Shown: positions 1-8,317, numbered from the stretch's first letter. The stretch: DNA of 58,776 nucleotides from Patescibacteria group bacterium (GCA_038062165.1 JBBTXQ010000018.1:1-58776), one strand, 5' to 3'. Notes: generated by a model from the letters alone, not told the origin. Numbers and translations are program-made.

Positions 1-657
1 GAGGGCAAGCACATCAAGCAATCTGGCGGTCGTGGTCAATACGGACATGCGGTTATTACACTGCGTCCCATCAAACCGGGAATTGAGGAACTTAGTGGCA
101 AGGCCGCTAAGTTAAAAAAGAATGTCAAAAGAAGTGACGGTTTCGAATTCGTTAACTCGATTAAGGGTGGTGTAATTCCAAACGAATATATTCCAGCTGT
201 TGAGAAGGGGATTAAAGAGGCAATGGCTAGGGGCATTGTGGCCGGCTTCCCGATGACTAATATTTCAGCCGAACTCACTTTCGGTTCGTATCACGATGTT
301 GACTCAAGCGAGATTGCGTTCAAACTTGCTGGCTCACTTGCTTTCCAAGAAGCGGCCAAGCGCGCCGGCCCGGTTCTGCTTGAACCTATCATGAATGTAG
401 AAGTTATCGTGCCGGAGAAGTTCATGGGCGATATCACTGGCTCGATCTCAAGCAAGCGCGGTCAAGTTGATCAAATTGAAGACAGGCCAGGAGGAGTGAA
501 AGTAATTAAAGCAAAAGTGCCCCTATCAGAAATGTTCGGTTACGTAACTAATTTGCGAAGCATGACTGAAGGTCGTGGCACATTCACCATGACGCCATTC
601 GAGTATCAGATCGTCCCCAAAAACGTAGCCGAAACAATAATTGCCGCCCGCAAATAG
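1..657 (+). CDS. fusA: Elongation factor G, C-terminal fragment (5' end lies outside the window)
   Basis: Frame 1 reads [23 protein letters not shown]... [25 protein letters not shown] and ends at TAG 655-657. It lies in the str-operon position upstream of tuf. Confidence 0.9.
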   Translation, partial: EGKHIKQSGGRGQYGHAVITLRPIKPGIEELSGKAAKLKKNVKRSDGFEFVNSIKGGVIPNEYIPAVEKGIKEAMARGIVAGFPMTNISAELTFGSYHDVDSSEIAFKLAGSLAFQEAAKRAGPVLLEPIMNVEVIVPEKFMGDITGSISSKRGQVDQIEDRPGGVKVIKAKVPLSEMFGYVTNLRSMTEGRGTFTMTPFEYQIVPKNVAETIIAARK

Positions 658-661
658 CAAA

Positions 662-688
662 GCACTCCAAGGGCGGCCCTTGGAGTGC
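662..688. terminator. Hairpin between convergent fusA and the orphan gene 706-1029
   Basis: gcactccaagg-gcggc-ccttggagtgc forms a perfect 11-bp stem between two convergent stop codons. Confidence 0.5.
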
Positions 689-705
689 GGATGTCACGAA
701 CAAGA

Positions 706-1029
706 TTAGGTTACTTTCTCGTGTCGTTCGCTCAACTCTCGTCGAGCCCTGACAGCGTCGCGGATCTTGCCCATCGCTTCCGCGACAAGCTTTTCCACCT
801 CGTTCGCTGAAATGCTCACGAACGTGGCATGTTCGATCTGAACGGGGCTCATCCGTTCGCCCGACTCAAGGCCTTCCTGTAGGGTGAGAGCCTTTTGTTC
901 ACGATCGGTGAGACCGGCTTCCCGCATCAGATTCGCGAGCGCCTCCTCTACTACGTGTTCTTTTGCCCCAGACGTGCCGATGCCTAGTCCTCGCAAGAAC
1001 GCGCATCGGTTGCTGTGCGCTGTTTTCAT
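706..1029 (-). CDS. Hypothetical protein (GC-richer orphan, 107 aa)
   Basis: Upstream sequence is cacgAAGGAGGAcggc then ATG, a strong SD. I recognise no family. It is antisense to the str operon. Confidence 0.55.
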   Translation of the reverse strand: MKTAHSNRCAFLRGLGIGTSGAKEHVVEEALANLMREAGLTDREQKALTLQEGLESGERMSPVQIEHATFVSISANEVEKLVAEAMGKIRDAVRARRELSERHEKVT

Positions 1030-1182
1030 GCCGTCCTCCTTCGTGAGTGTTCTGGATGGTTCTGGGTTTTGAAACGACTCGGATTAATGATTGTGACGTT
1101 GTTTTGGTATTAATTTCTTGAATTAAGTTGAATTGGCAAATTAGCAAAAGAGGTGGGCCTGCAAGTTTCGCAGGCCCTGATT

Positions 1183-1617
1183 CTACGAGTAGACTGGCAC
1201 ACGCACTCGTTCGCGCTTGCTCTCGAATTTAATCAAGGCGGCTCTTTGGACCTCCCCGTTTTGAGCATCGTCGTTGATGATGCTGTCGAGGATAATCGGA
1301 CTGAGTTCGCCAGTTTCGATTGCCACAAGGCAAAGCTCTCTGTCTTTCGAGCGAATCATCTGACCAAGTAGCCACGAAACCTTGTTGACCTCAAAGGCTT
1401 GCGACAGTCCGCCTGAGAGCAAGATTGATTTTGCCCTCTCTGGAATAAATCGACAGAACTCACCGTAAACATCCTCATCGTGATTGCGCGGTGGCTTCCA
1501 GCAAAGAACGGCTGAGAAGAGTTGGTGTCGGAGCCATGGCACCCCGCGTTTCATTCCAAGGCGATAAACGAAATTCGCCACTTTCAATTGCAACTCCTTG
1601 CGCAAGATCCTTCTCAT
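1183..1617 (-). CDS. Hypothetical protein (GC-richer orphan, 144 aa)
   Basis: Upstream sequence is gcgaAAGGAGGGtcttagt then ATG. A hairpin (gggcctgc-aagtttc-gcaggccc, 1154-1178) follows the stop. I recognise no family. Confidence 0.55.
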   Translation of the reverse strand: MRRILRKELQLKVANFVYRLGMKRGVPWLRHQLFSAVLCWKPPRNHDEDVYGEFCRFIPERAKSILLSGGLSQAFEVNKVSWLLGQMIRSKDRELCLVAIETGELSPIILDSIINDDAQNGEVQRAALIKFESKRERVRVPVYS

Positions 1618-1650
1618 ACTAAGACCCTCCTTTCGCTAGACTACCAGAGC

Positions 1651-1679
1651 TTGACTTGTTTTACCAGTTCATATAAGAT
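1651..1679 (+). promoter_or_regulatory. Candidate sigma70-type promoter for tuf
   Basis: TTGACT (1651-1656), 17-nt spacer, TAAGAT (1674-1679). It sits just downstream of the inserted antisense genes. Confidence 0.45.
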
Positions 1680-1794
1680 GCTCGTACTTGTAATTTCGGT
1701 AGGCAAGCTTGCCTGCCGCAGGCAGGTTGGCATTTATAAGTTAGTTAAGACCTCCAATACCCTCTCGGGCAATGAGGCAAAAATAAATAAACAT

Positions 1795-2997
1795 ATGGCA
1801 GAAGCATTTGATCGTTCTAAGCCACACTTAAACGTTGGCACAATTGGTCATGTTGACCACGGCAAGACTACTCTCACCGCGGCTATTCTTCATGTCCTCG
1901 ACATGAATAAGGCGGCAGGTTACGGTGCGCGAGTTGAAGGTATTGACGCAATCGACAAGGCGCCAGAAGAAAAAGCTAGAGGTATTACTATTTCTCTCCA
2001 CCACAGCGAGTACTGGACACCCAAGCGCCACTACGCACACATCGACGCTCCGGGTCATGCCGACTTCATCAAGAACATGATCACCGGTGCCGCCCAGATG
2101 GATGGTGCCATTATCGTGGTAGCCGCCACTGACGGTGTCATGCCTCAAACTCGCGAGCACATCTTACTTGCTCGCCAGGTAGGTGTGAATAAGATCATAG
2201 TCTTCTTAAACAAAGTGGACATGGTTGATGACGCTGAAATGGTTGGTCTCGTAGAAGAGGAAGTGCGCGAACTCTTGACTAAGTATAAATACGACGGTGC
2301 TAACACCCCAATTATCAAAGGCTCAGGCTTGAAGGGCCTTGAAGCTAAGAGTCTTGACGATGAGTGGGCCAAGAAGATTCTTGAACTTGTAGACACTATC
2401 GATACTTATTTCCCAGAACCAGCTCGCGAAATCGACAAGCCATTCTTACTCCCAATTGAAGACATTTTCTCGATTGAAGGTCGCGGTACGGTTGTCACGG
2501 GAAGAATTGAGAGAGGAAAAGTGAAAGTGGGCGAGGAAGTTGAACTCGTTGGTTTCAATCCAACAACTAAGACTACCGTGACCGGCATCGAAATGTTCAA
2601 CAAGCAACTCGATGAAGGCATGGCCGGAGATAACGCCGGTATCCTCCTGCGAGGCTTGAAGAAAGAAGACATAACTCGAGGCCAGGTTATTGCCAAAACA
2701 GGTTCTGTTACCCCTCATACTGATTTCGAAGCTGAAGTTTATGTGCTGACTAAAGAAGAGGGTGGCCGTCACACGCCGTTCTTCAAAGGTTACAAGCCAC
2801 AGTTCTACATTCGCACTACCGATGTGACAGGTGAGATTACTTTGCCAGAGGGCACGGAGATGGTTATGCCCGGCGATACTATTAAAGTGAATGTCAAGCT
2901 CGTGGCCCCTGTAGCCCTTGAAAGCGAACAGCGCTTCGCTATCCGCGAAGGTGGCAAGACAGTTGGGGCAGGTGTAGTAACCAAGATCAATGCCTAG
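1795..2997 (+). CDS. tuf: Elongation factor Tu
   Basis: [38 protein letters not shown] and NKVD GTPase motifs; 400 aa from the ATG at 1795. Confidence 0.95.
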   Translation: MAEAFDRSKPHLNVGTIGHVDHGKTTLTAAILHVLDMNKAAGYGARVEGIDAIDKAPEEKARGITISLHHSEYWTPKRHYAHIDAPGHADFIKNMITGAAQMDGAIIVVAATDGVMPQTREHILLARQVGVNKIIVFLNKVDMVDDAEMVGLVEEEVRELLTKYKYDGANTPIIKGSGLKGLEAKSLDDEWAKKILELVDTIDTYFPEPAREIDKPFLLPIEDIFSIEGRGTVVTGRIERGKVKVGEEVELVGFNPTTKTTVTGIEMFNKQLDEGMAGDNAGILLRGLKKEDITRGQVIAKTGSVTPHTDFEAEVYVLTKEEGGRHTPFFKGYKPQFYIRTTDVTGEITLPEGTEMVMPGDTIKVNVKLVAPVALESEQRFAIREGGKTVGAGVVTKINA

Positions 2998-3382
2998 TGC
3001 AACTAAAGAAAAAGTTAGTTCTCCTAAAACAAAGAGGACTTCTAAGGCGACCAAGACAGCCGCGGCAAGTTCCGGCATTGGCAAACTGCGAATTAAAGTA
3101 AGCGCTTATGAGCATAAAGTTCTGGACATGAGTGTGCGACAAATCGTTGATACAGCTATCAGACACGAAGGCGAAGTACACGGACCAGTGCCACTGCCCA
3201 CAGAGATCACGCGCTACACAGTAAATAGGGGAGCATTCATAGACAAGAACTCGCGCGAGCAGTTCGAGATGCGAGTACACAAGAGAACACTCGATATCGT
3301 AAATCCTTCCGGAAAAATAATCGAAGCACTTACGAATATCGAACTGCCTTCCGGAGTTGGAATAGATCTGAAAATGATGTAG
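2990..3382 (+). CDS. rpsJ: 30S ribosomal protein S10 with a Lys-rich N-terminal extension of about 30 aa
   Basis: [14 protein letters not shown]...[32 protein letters not shown]. It overlaps the tuf stop by 8 nt. No alternative start lies nearer the conserved core. Confidence 0.9.
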   Translation: MPSATKEKVSSPKTKRTSKATKTAAASSGIGKLRIKVSAYEHKVLDMSVRQIVDTAIRHEGEVHGPVPLPTEITRYTVNRGAFIDKNSREQFEMRVHKRTLDIVNPSGKIIEALTNIELPSGVGIDLKMM

Positions 3383-3390
3383 GTTTTTTT

Positions 3391-3978
3391 ATGAAATTTT
3401 TAATCGGCCGAAAACAGAATATGGCCCAGATCTTCGATGAGAAGGGCCGAGTAACAGGAGTGACTATTGTTAAACAAGAGCCGCTTAAAGTTACTCAAAT
3501 TAAAACTCTTGAGAAGGATGGCTATGTTGCCACCCAAGTTGGCTTCGGCGTGCAAAAAGAATCCAGAGTAAATAAACCCCAAAGAACTAAAGGTCTGTTC
3601 AAGGGTTTCAAAGAAATTAAAGAAGTTAGTGAGCTCGAAAATTTCCAAGTGGGAGATACTGTCGAGGTTAGTGGCACTAGCAAAGGCAAAGGCTTCCAAG
3701 GGGTGGTCAAGCGACATGGCTTCCACGGTGGCAGACGCAGTCACGGCCAGAAGCATTCAGAACGTGAGCCCGGCTCGATAGGTGGCGCAGGTCGCGCCGG
3801 TGGCCGTGTGGCCAAGGGCATGCGCATGGCCGGCCGCATGGGAGGTGATCGCATTACTGTAAAAAATTTAAAAGTTATCGCAATTGAAGGTGACGACCTG
3901 TATCTGTCGGGCGCCGTGCCCGGGCGCAGAGGCACTTTGTTAGAAATCCGAGGCACGAAGCACGAAACACGAAACTAA
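3391..3978 (+). CDS. rplC: 50S ribosomal protein L3
   Basis: GRKQNMAQIFDEKG...GTSKGKGFQGVVKRHGFHGG, in S10-operon order. Confidence 0.95.
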   Translation: MKFLIGRKQNMAQIFDEKGRVTGVTIVKQEPLKVTQIKTLEKDGYVATQVGFGVQKESRVNKPQRTKGLFKGFKEIKEVSELENFQVGDTVEVSGTSKGKGFQGVVKRHGFHGGRRSHGQKHSEREPGSIGGAGRAGGRVAKGMRMAGRMGGDRITVKNLKVIAIEGDDLYLSGAVPGRRGTLLEIRGTKHETRN

Positions 3979-3979
3979 T

Positions 3980-4609
3980 ATGAACGCGCCACTATACAAT
4001 CAAGAGGGAAAAGATTTAGGGAAGTTGGAGCTTCCGGATAAGATTTTTGGTTTGCCGTGGAATGCTGATCTGGTTCATCAAGTTGTAGTCAGTCAGCAGG
4101 GTAATGCTCGCACTCCTGTGGCGCACGCTAAGGGTAGAGGCGAAGTGCGTGGTGGCGGTAAAAAACCTTGGAAGCAGAAGGGTACTGGCCGTGCTCGTCA
4201 CGGTTCTATTCGCTCACCACTATGGGTAGGAGGTGGCGTAACTCATGGGCCAACAAAAGAGAAAATTTATGCGCGCAAAATAAACAAGAAGATGGCCGCC
4301 AAGGCTTGGGCCACTATTGTCTCGCAAAAGTTGCGAGATGGGGAGGTATTTTTCATAGACAAATTAACATTGTCTGGTATAAAAACTAAATCAGCTTCAA
4401 GTATTATTTCTAACCTATCCAAAAAGTTAGATAAAAAAGAACTCGTTTACAAAAAAGGTAACAGAGCCCTGATTGCTTTGGGCAAGCGCGATAACGTGGT
4501 CGAGAAGAGCTTCCGTAATTTACCAGCAGTTAAAATGATAGAGTGTAGAAATATGAACGCACTCGTTGCCATGACTTACAAATTCATTTTCTTTGTAGAC
4601 TATAAGTAA
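3980..4609 (+). CDS. rplD: 50S ribosomal protein L4
   Basis: HAKGRGEVRGGGKKPWKQKGTGRARHGSIRSPLWVGGG, in operon order. Confidence 0.95.
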   Translation: MNAPLYNQEGKDLGKLELPDKIFGLPWNADLVHQVVVSQQGNARTPVAHAKGRGEVRGGGKKPWKQKGTGRARHGSIRSPLWVGGGVTHGPTKEKIYARKINKKMAAKAWATIVSQKLRDGEVFFIDKLTLSGIKTKSASSIISNLSKKLDKKELVYKKGNRALIALGKRDNVVEKSFRNLPAVKMIECRNMNALVAMTYKFIFFVDYK

Positions 4610-4613
4610 TTTT

Positions 4614-4880
4614 ATGTCAGTTATCAAACGCCAATATCTCACGGAACGCTCTAGTCTTCTTTCAGAAAAAGGCATATATTCTTTCGTTGTCACAAGTGAG
4701 GCAAATAAAAGTGAAATTGCTAAGGCCTTAGAAACTAAATATAAAGTTAAGCCCATAAACGTGCGAGTAATTAATACCAAAGGCAAAGTTGTGGTCAGGG
4801 GTTACAAAAAGGGTCGCAAAGCGGGTATGCGCAAGGCTTATGTTAAATTTCCAGCCGGTACTAAAATAGAATCTGTTTAG
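4614..4880 (+). CDS. rplW: 50S ribosomal protein L23
   Basis: Size, position and KSEIAKALETKYKVKPINVRVIN match L23. Confidence 0.9.
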   Translation: MSVIKRQYLTERSSLLSEKGIYSFVVTSEANKSEIAKALETKYKVKPINVRVINTKGKVVVRGYKKGRKAGMRKAYVKFPAGTKIESV

Positions 4881-4904
4881 TTCGACTACGCTCACTATAA
4901 ATAA
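4878..4904 (+). promoter_or_regulatory. Conserved 27-nt intergenic motif TAGTTCGACTACGCTCACTATAAATAA, copy 1 of 3
   Basis: It begins with the rplW stop codon and ends 2 nt before the rplB ATG. Near-identical copies lie at 14027-14053 and 14444-14470. Confidence 0.5.
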
Positions 4905-4906
4905 TC

Positions 4907-5755
4907 ATGAAGAAATACAAGCCAACAACTAAATCTCGCCGCGCTATGACTGGTATTAATTACCGGGAAGTTCTGTCGGGTGACAGGCCACACAAGGCTC
5001 TTGTCTCGGGTGGCAAGCGTAGGCAAGGCCGGGCCAGTTGGGGCAGGATCACTATGCGTCACAAGGGCGGCGGTTCTAAACGCTTGTTTAGAGATGTTGA
5101 TTTTATGTACGCCAAGAAGGATATCCCTGCCCGTATTGAGACACTTGAATACGATCCAAACAGAAGCGGCTTCGTAGGACGTGTCGTTTATGCTGACGGT
5201 GAACGAAGTTATGTGCTCCTGCCCACGACACTTAAAGTTGGTGATTCATTTGTAACGGGCGAGAAAGTGGCTATTAAAGTGGGCAACCGCTTACCTCTTA
5301 AAAATATTCCTACTGGCACATTTGTTTTTAATATAGAGTTGCAACCAAAGGGTGGTGCCAAACTTGTGCGCTCTGCAGGCGTCTTTGCTGAAGTACTTGC
5401 CCGTGACGGCGGTTTCGTTAACGTACGCATGCCCAGTTCCGAAATACGCAAGATTGATGAGAACGCCTGGGCCTCGATTGGTTCTGTTTCGAATCCAGAA
5501 AACATGCTGGTTAACTATGGCAAAGCCGGCAGATCACGCTGGAAAGGCATCCGTCCCACAGTCCGTGGCACAGCTATGAACCCAGTAGATCATCCATACG
5601 GCGGAGGTGAAGGTCGCCAGGGCCGTGGTACCAGACGTGCCAAAACGCGTTGGGGCAAACCGGTAGGCAAAGGCCAAAAGTCCCGCCGCCCCAAGAAGTA
5701 TAGCAACGTATTTATAGTCTCAAGACGCCGCGTCGGCAAGAAGAAAACTGTCTAG
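4907..5755 (+). CDS. rplB: 50S ribosomal protein L2
   Basis: GRITMRHKGGGSKR...TVRGTAMNPVDHPYGGGEGR. Confidence 0.95.
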   Translation: MKKYKPTTKSRRAMTGINYREVLSGDRPHKALVSGGKRRQGRASWGRITMRHKGGGSKRLFRDVDFMYAKKDIPARIETLEYDPNRSGFVGRVVYADGERSYVLLPTTLKVGDSFVTGEKVAIKVGNRLPLKNIPTGTFVFNIELQPKGGAKLVRSAGVFAEVLARDGGFVNVRMPSSEIRKIDENAWASIGSVSNPENMLVNYGKAGRSRWKGIRPTVRGTAMNPVDHPYGGGEGRQGRGTRRAKTRWGKPVGKGQKSRRPKKYSNVFIVSRRRVGKKKTV

Positions 5756-5764
5756 TAATTGAGA

Positions 5765-5795
5765 AACGGCCCGACAATTGCCGGGCCGTTCTTTG
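5765..5795. terminator. Hairpin between rplB and the convergent orphan gene
   Basis: aacggcccg-acaattgc-cgggccgtt followed by cttt. Confidence 0.6.
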
Positions 5796-5810
5796 ATCGC
5801 GGGCGACGGG

Positions 5811-6095
5811 TCACATCCCCATCCCTCCGTAAGGGGGAGGGTGGTAGGGTGACCTATAGGCTTCCTCGTTGGCCTTCTTTATCGCTGCGGCAATCCGGAG
5901 CTGCTCGTCTTCTGGCAGTCCAGAGAACCACACCTCGAGCTCGCGCACTGCGCGCATGCCGAGGTAGACAAGGGCGACCCCGCCGAGAGCGAGAACAACC
6001 CAGAATCGCCACCAGCTCTCCACGTTGTAGAACGCCCCGGTAAGTGTCCCCACAGTTACCGCGGCGGCAAGCACGACGTAGCCGATTGTTCTCAT
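5811..6095 (-). CDS. Hypothetical small membrane protein (GC-rich orphan, 94 aa)
   Basis: Two hydrophobic helices (IGYVVLAAAVTVGTLTGAFY, FWVVLALGGVALVYLGM). A purine-rich SD-like AAGGGGG lies upstream. A hand count gives 35/60 G+C in 5811-5870. Confidence 0.55.
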   Translation of the reverse strand: MRTIGYVVLAAAVTVGTLTGAFYNVESWWRFWVVLALGGVALVYLGMRAVRELEVWFSGLPEDEQLRIAAAIKKANEEAYRSPYHPPPYGGMGM

Positions 6096-6448
6096 GACCT
6101 ATGGACCCCCTTCCCTTTCCAAACAGCTGCGCACCCGTTTGAGTATAACGCAACAGAGCCCTCGCTGGTAGTGAGAGCTCTGTCCAGCTTAGGGCATGGA
6201 TTAAGAAGTTCATATTTGTTGTGGATTGGTTGGTAATATCGATTTTCGCTTGACAGGTTATTTATTTGGGTATAGTCTAGATATACATGAATCGTTTTGT
6301 CATAACTTCCCGATCGATTTGCATTGAGACCTCAACTAAGATGTGGGGTATGTTTTCCCATTTCTATTTTAAACAACATATGCGCGGGTAATTAATACAT
6401 AAATTAGTAAGCAAGAACCCCGCGCAGAAATGTGTGGGGTTCTTCTTT

Positions 6449-6815
6449 TCCCGAGGGGAGGGATCATCAGTACTGATCTCCCCCCGGGGCAAGTGCTCTC
6501 ACGACACCAATTGGTGCGTGATAGGTCTTTGAGGCTAATCCCGACATTCTGTCGGGACGCCCGATCAAAAACACAGTTTTTGATTTAGGGAGGTCTTTAT
6601 GTGCGTGAGGCGTTGTGAGTTGCCGTGGGTGCCCGGTTCGTCTGACCCGTGTAGCATCCCGGAGCATCTCCGAGGCAGTGCCCCAAGCGAACCTGGCCCT
6701 GACTCCAGAGAGGAGGAGGTTTCCCGGCGTGAGGACGGGTTGTCTACACCCGGTCCAGCCTATTTCCCCGAGGGTGCTCTCTAGCTTCACCCCCTCCGAC
6801 ATCTGTCGGAGGGGC
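6449..6815. repeat. GC-rich cluster of local hairpins/palindromes (non-coding)
   Basis: Hairpins at about 6449-6489, 6500-6520, 6539-6558 (tcccgaca-ttc-tgtcggga), 6562-6586, 6734-6752 and 6789-6812 (cccctccgaca-tc-tgtcggagggg). The string tttccc(c)gaggg...gtgctctc recurs at both ends. Confidence 0.4.
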
Positions 6816-6858
6816 AACTTGCAAATTATTAGGTTAAGAGTAGTTTTATGGACATGAG

Positions 6859-6936
6859 TCCCGTTAGAAGCTTCGGGATTCACGCCACCATGCTACATAT
6901 TATCAACGCCAAATATAGTGTTAGCTTCTAACGGGA
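6859..6936 (+). repeat. Start-codon hairpin element, copy 1 (13-bp stem TCCCGTTAGAAGC / GCTTCTAACGGGA)
   Basis: Perfect 13-bp stem. The 3' arm ends on the A of the pepA ATG. ATGAG flanks both sides (6854-6858 and 6936-6940). Confidence 0.6.
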
Positions 6937-8294
6937 TGAGAATAATTAACAAAGACAAGTTAGGGAAAGGCCTGCCTGCCGGCAGGCAGGAGTACAAAAA
7001 GGCTGATTTTAAGGACGCAAATAGCTTGCGTAAATTTGTTTTGGCTGTACGCAAGGCTGTGGCTGATGCCAAGAAAGACAAGATGAAAAAAGTGGCAGTT
7101 ATCCTGAAAGAGATTCACAAGTTCGGGATTGGCGAGAGAGAATTGGGTGAGATAATTGCTCGCGAGGTACTGATTGCTGATTATGAATTTACTAAATACT
7201 TGAGCAAGCCAAAAGAGGGCTGGAGCTTTATTTCTGGATTTGCTCTTATCGGTAAAGTTAGTAAGGAGTTTAAGGTGGGAATTGAGAGGGGCAAAATAAT
7301 TGCGGGAGAAGTTAACATGACTCGCGAGCTGGCTAATACTCCGGGTGGCGAGATGGTTCCCAAGACTCTTGCCTTAGCCGCTCGAGAAGCAGTTAAAGAT
7401 TTGCCCAACACAAAAATAACAGTACTTGGCAAAAAGGAACTTGAGAAGCTGGGGATGGGAGCAGTGCTCGGTGTAGCCAAGGGCTCGCCAGAAGAGCCGC
7501 AATTTATTGTTGTGGAGTATCGCCCCCTAGCCCCCTCTTATGATAAGAGGGGGAACAAAGGGGGAGATATCGTTCTGGTTGGCAAAGGCGTGACCTTCGA
7601 TACTGGGGGACTCAATCTCAAGCCTACTGATGGCATTAACGACATGCACTTGGATATGTCCGGTGGTGCGGCTGTGATACACGCTGTTGCACTTGCTGCT
7701 AAACTTGGTGTGAAGAAAAATATAGTGGCGCTTGTGCCCGCGGTTGAGAACATGCCCGGAGGTTACTCATATAGACCCGGCGATATTCTTAAGTCGTTAT
7801 CTGGCAAAACTATTGAGATCAAAAATACTGATGCTGAAGGCAGAGTAATTCTCGCCGACGCTCTCACCTACGCCAAGAAGTTTAACCCAAGATTAGTTAT
7901 TGATGTCGCAACTCTAACTGGCGCGGCTTGTGTCGCCCTTGGCGAACGCGCCTCGGCTATCTTCACGCGTGATCAAGAGCTTGAAAAGTTGACGAGGGAA
8001 CTGGGAGAGAAGTCAGGCGATTATGTTTGGCCGATGCCCATGTGGGAAGAGTATGAGAGTGAAGTGAAGGGAACATTCGGCGATGTAGCTAATCTTGGCA
8101 AGAAGGGCAGGATGGGCGGAGCAATCTCGGGCGCAATGTTCTTACTGCAATTCACCAAAGATTACCCCAAAAGTACAAAGTGGATGCACATAGACATGGC
8201 CCCCACAATGACAGCTACAGACGACGAGTTTCTAGCCAAAGGAGCCAAAGGCAGTCCCGTCAAGCTCCTGCTTGCCTTGATTGAGAGTTACTGA
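6936..8294 (+). CDS. pepA: Leucyl aminopeptidase (M17 family)
   Basis: VLVGKGVTFDTGGLNLKP and NTDAEGRVILADAL M17 signatures. I prefer the ATG at 6936 over the GTG at 6918 because the same cttctaacgggATG junction precedes rplV and rplN. Confidence 0.9.
   Translation: MRIINKDKLGKGLPAGRQEYKKADFKDANSLRKFVLAVRKAVADAKKDKMKKVAVILKEIHKFGIGERELGEIIAREVLIADYEFTKYLSKPKEGWSFISGFALIGKVSKEFKVGIERGKIIAGEVNMTRELANTPGGEMVPKTLALAAREAVKDLPNTKITVLGKKELEKLGMGAVLGVAKGSPEEPQFIVVEYRPLAPSYDKRGNKGGDIVLVGKGVTFDTGGLNLKPTDGINDMHLDMSGGAAVIHAVALAAKLGVKKNIVALVPAVENMPGGYSYRPGDILKSLSGKTIEIKNTDAEGRVILADALTYAKKFNPRLVIDVATLTGAACVALGERASAIFTRDQELEKLTRELGEKSGDYVWPMPMWEEYESEVKGTFGDVANLGKKGRMGGAISGAMFLLQFTKDYPKSTKWMHIDMAPTMTATDDEFLAKGAKGSPVKLLLALIESY
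7518..7569. repeat. 52-nt nested palindromic element inserted in frame in pepA
   Basis: tatcgccccct-ag-CCCCCTCTTA-tg-ATAAGAGGGGGA-acaa-agggggagata. All four blocks (44 nt) are identical to recG 45293-45342. Confidence 0.7.
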
Positions 8295-8317
8295 AAGTTT
8301 GTAGAGAGACATTCGTC

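Noticed and set aside
2446-3084. Long antisense ORFs inside tuf, rplC, secY, recG and other genes (for example 2446-3084, 3400-3756, 12426-12875, 15309-15710)
   Set aside because: They overlap strongly supported conserved genes on the opposite strand and have no family resemblance or start signals. They are typical shadow ORFs.
4878-4904. The 27-nt junction motif as a T7-like single-subunit RNAP promoter
   Set aside because: The resemblance (CGACT...CACTATA) is broken by a 5-nt insertion, lacks the GGG initiation region, and no phage RNAP gene is in the window. I kept it only as a low-probability remark inside the finding.
5759-6043. Plus-strand 94-aa ORF overlapping the orphan at 5811-6095
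   Set aside because: The product is Arg-rich junk. The minus-strand frame gives two clean TM helices and an SD-like purine tract, so I chose the minus strand.
6449-6815. Possibility that the GC-rich region is RNase P RNA or SRP RNA
   Set aside because: I looked on both strands for the P4 strands (GGAAAGUCC / ACAGAA.CCGGC) and the SRP domain IV string (GGAAGCAGC) and found neither. The structure is a chain of local hairpins rather than one long-range fold.
6467-6883. 138-aa minus-strand ORF in the GC-rich region upstream of pepA
   Set aside because: The translation is low-complexity and Arg/Pro/Gly-biased, as expected from GC-rich non-coding DNA. I noted no SD or -10 box at its start. It is tiled by hairpins and by the start-codon element, so I treat it as non-coding.
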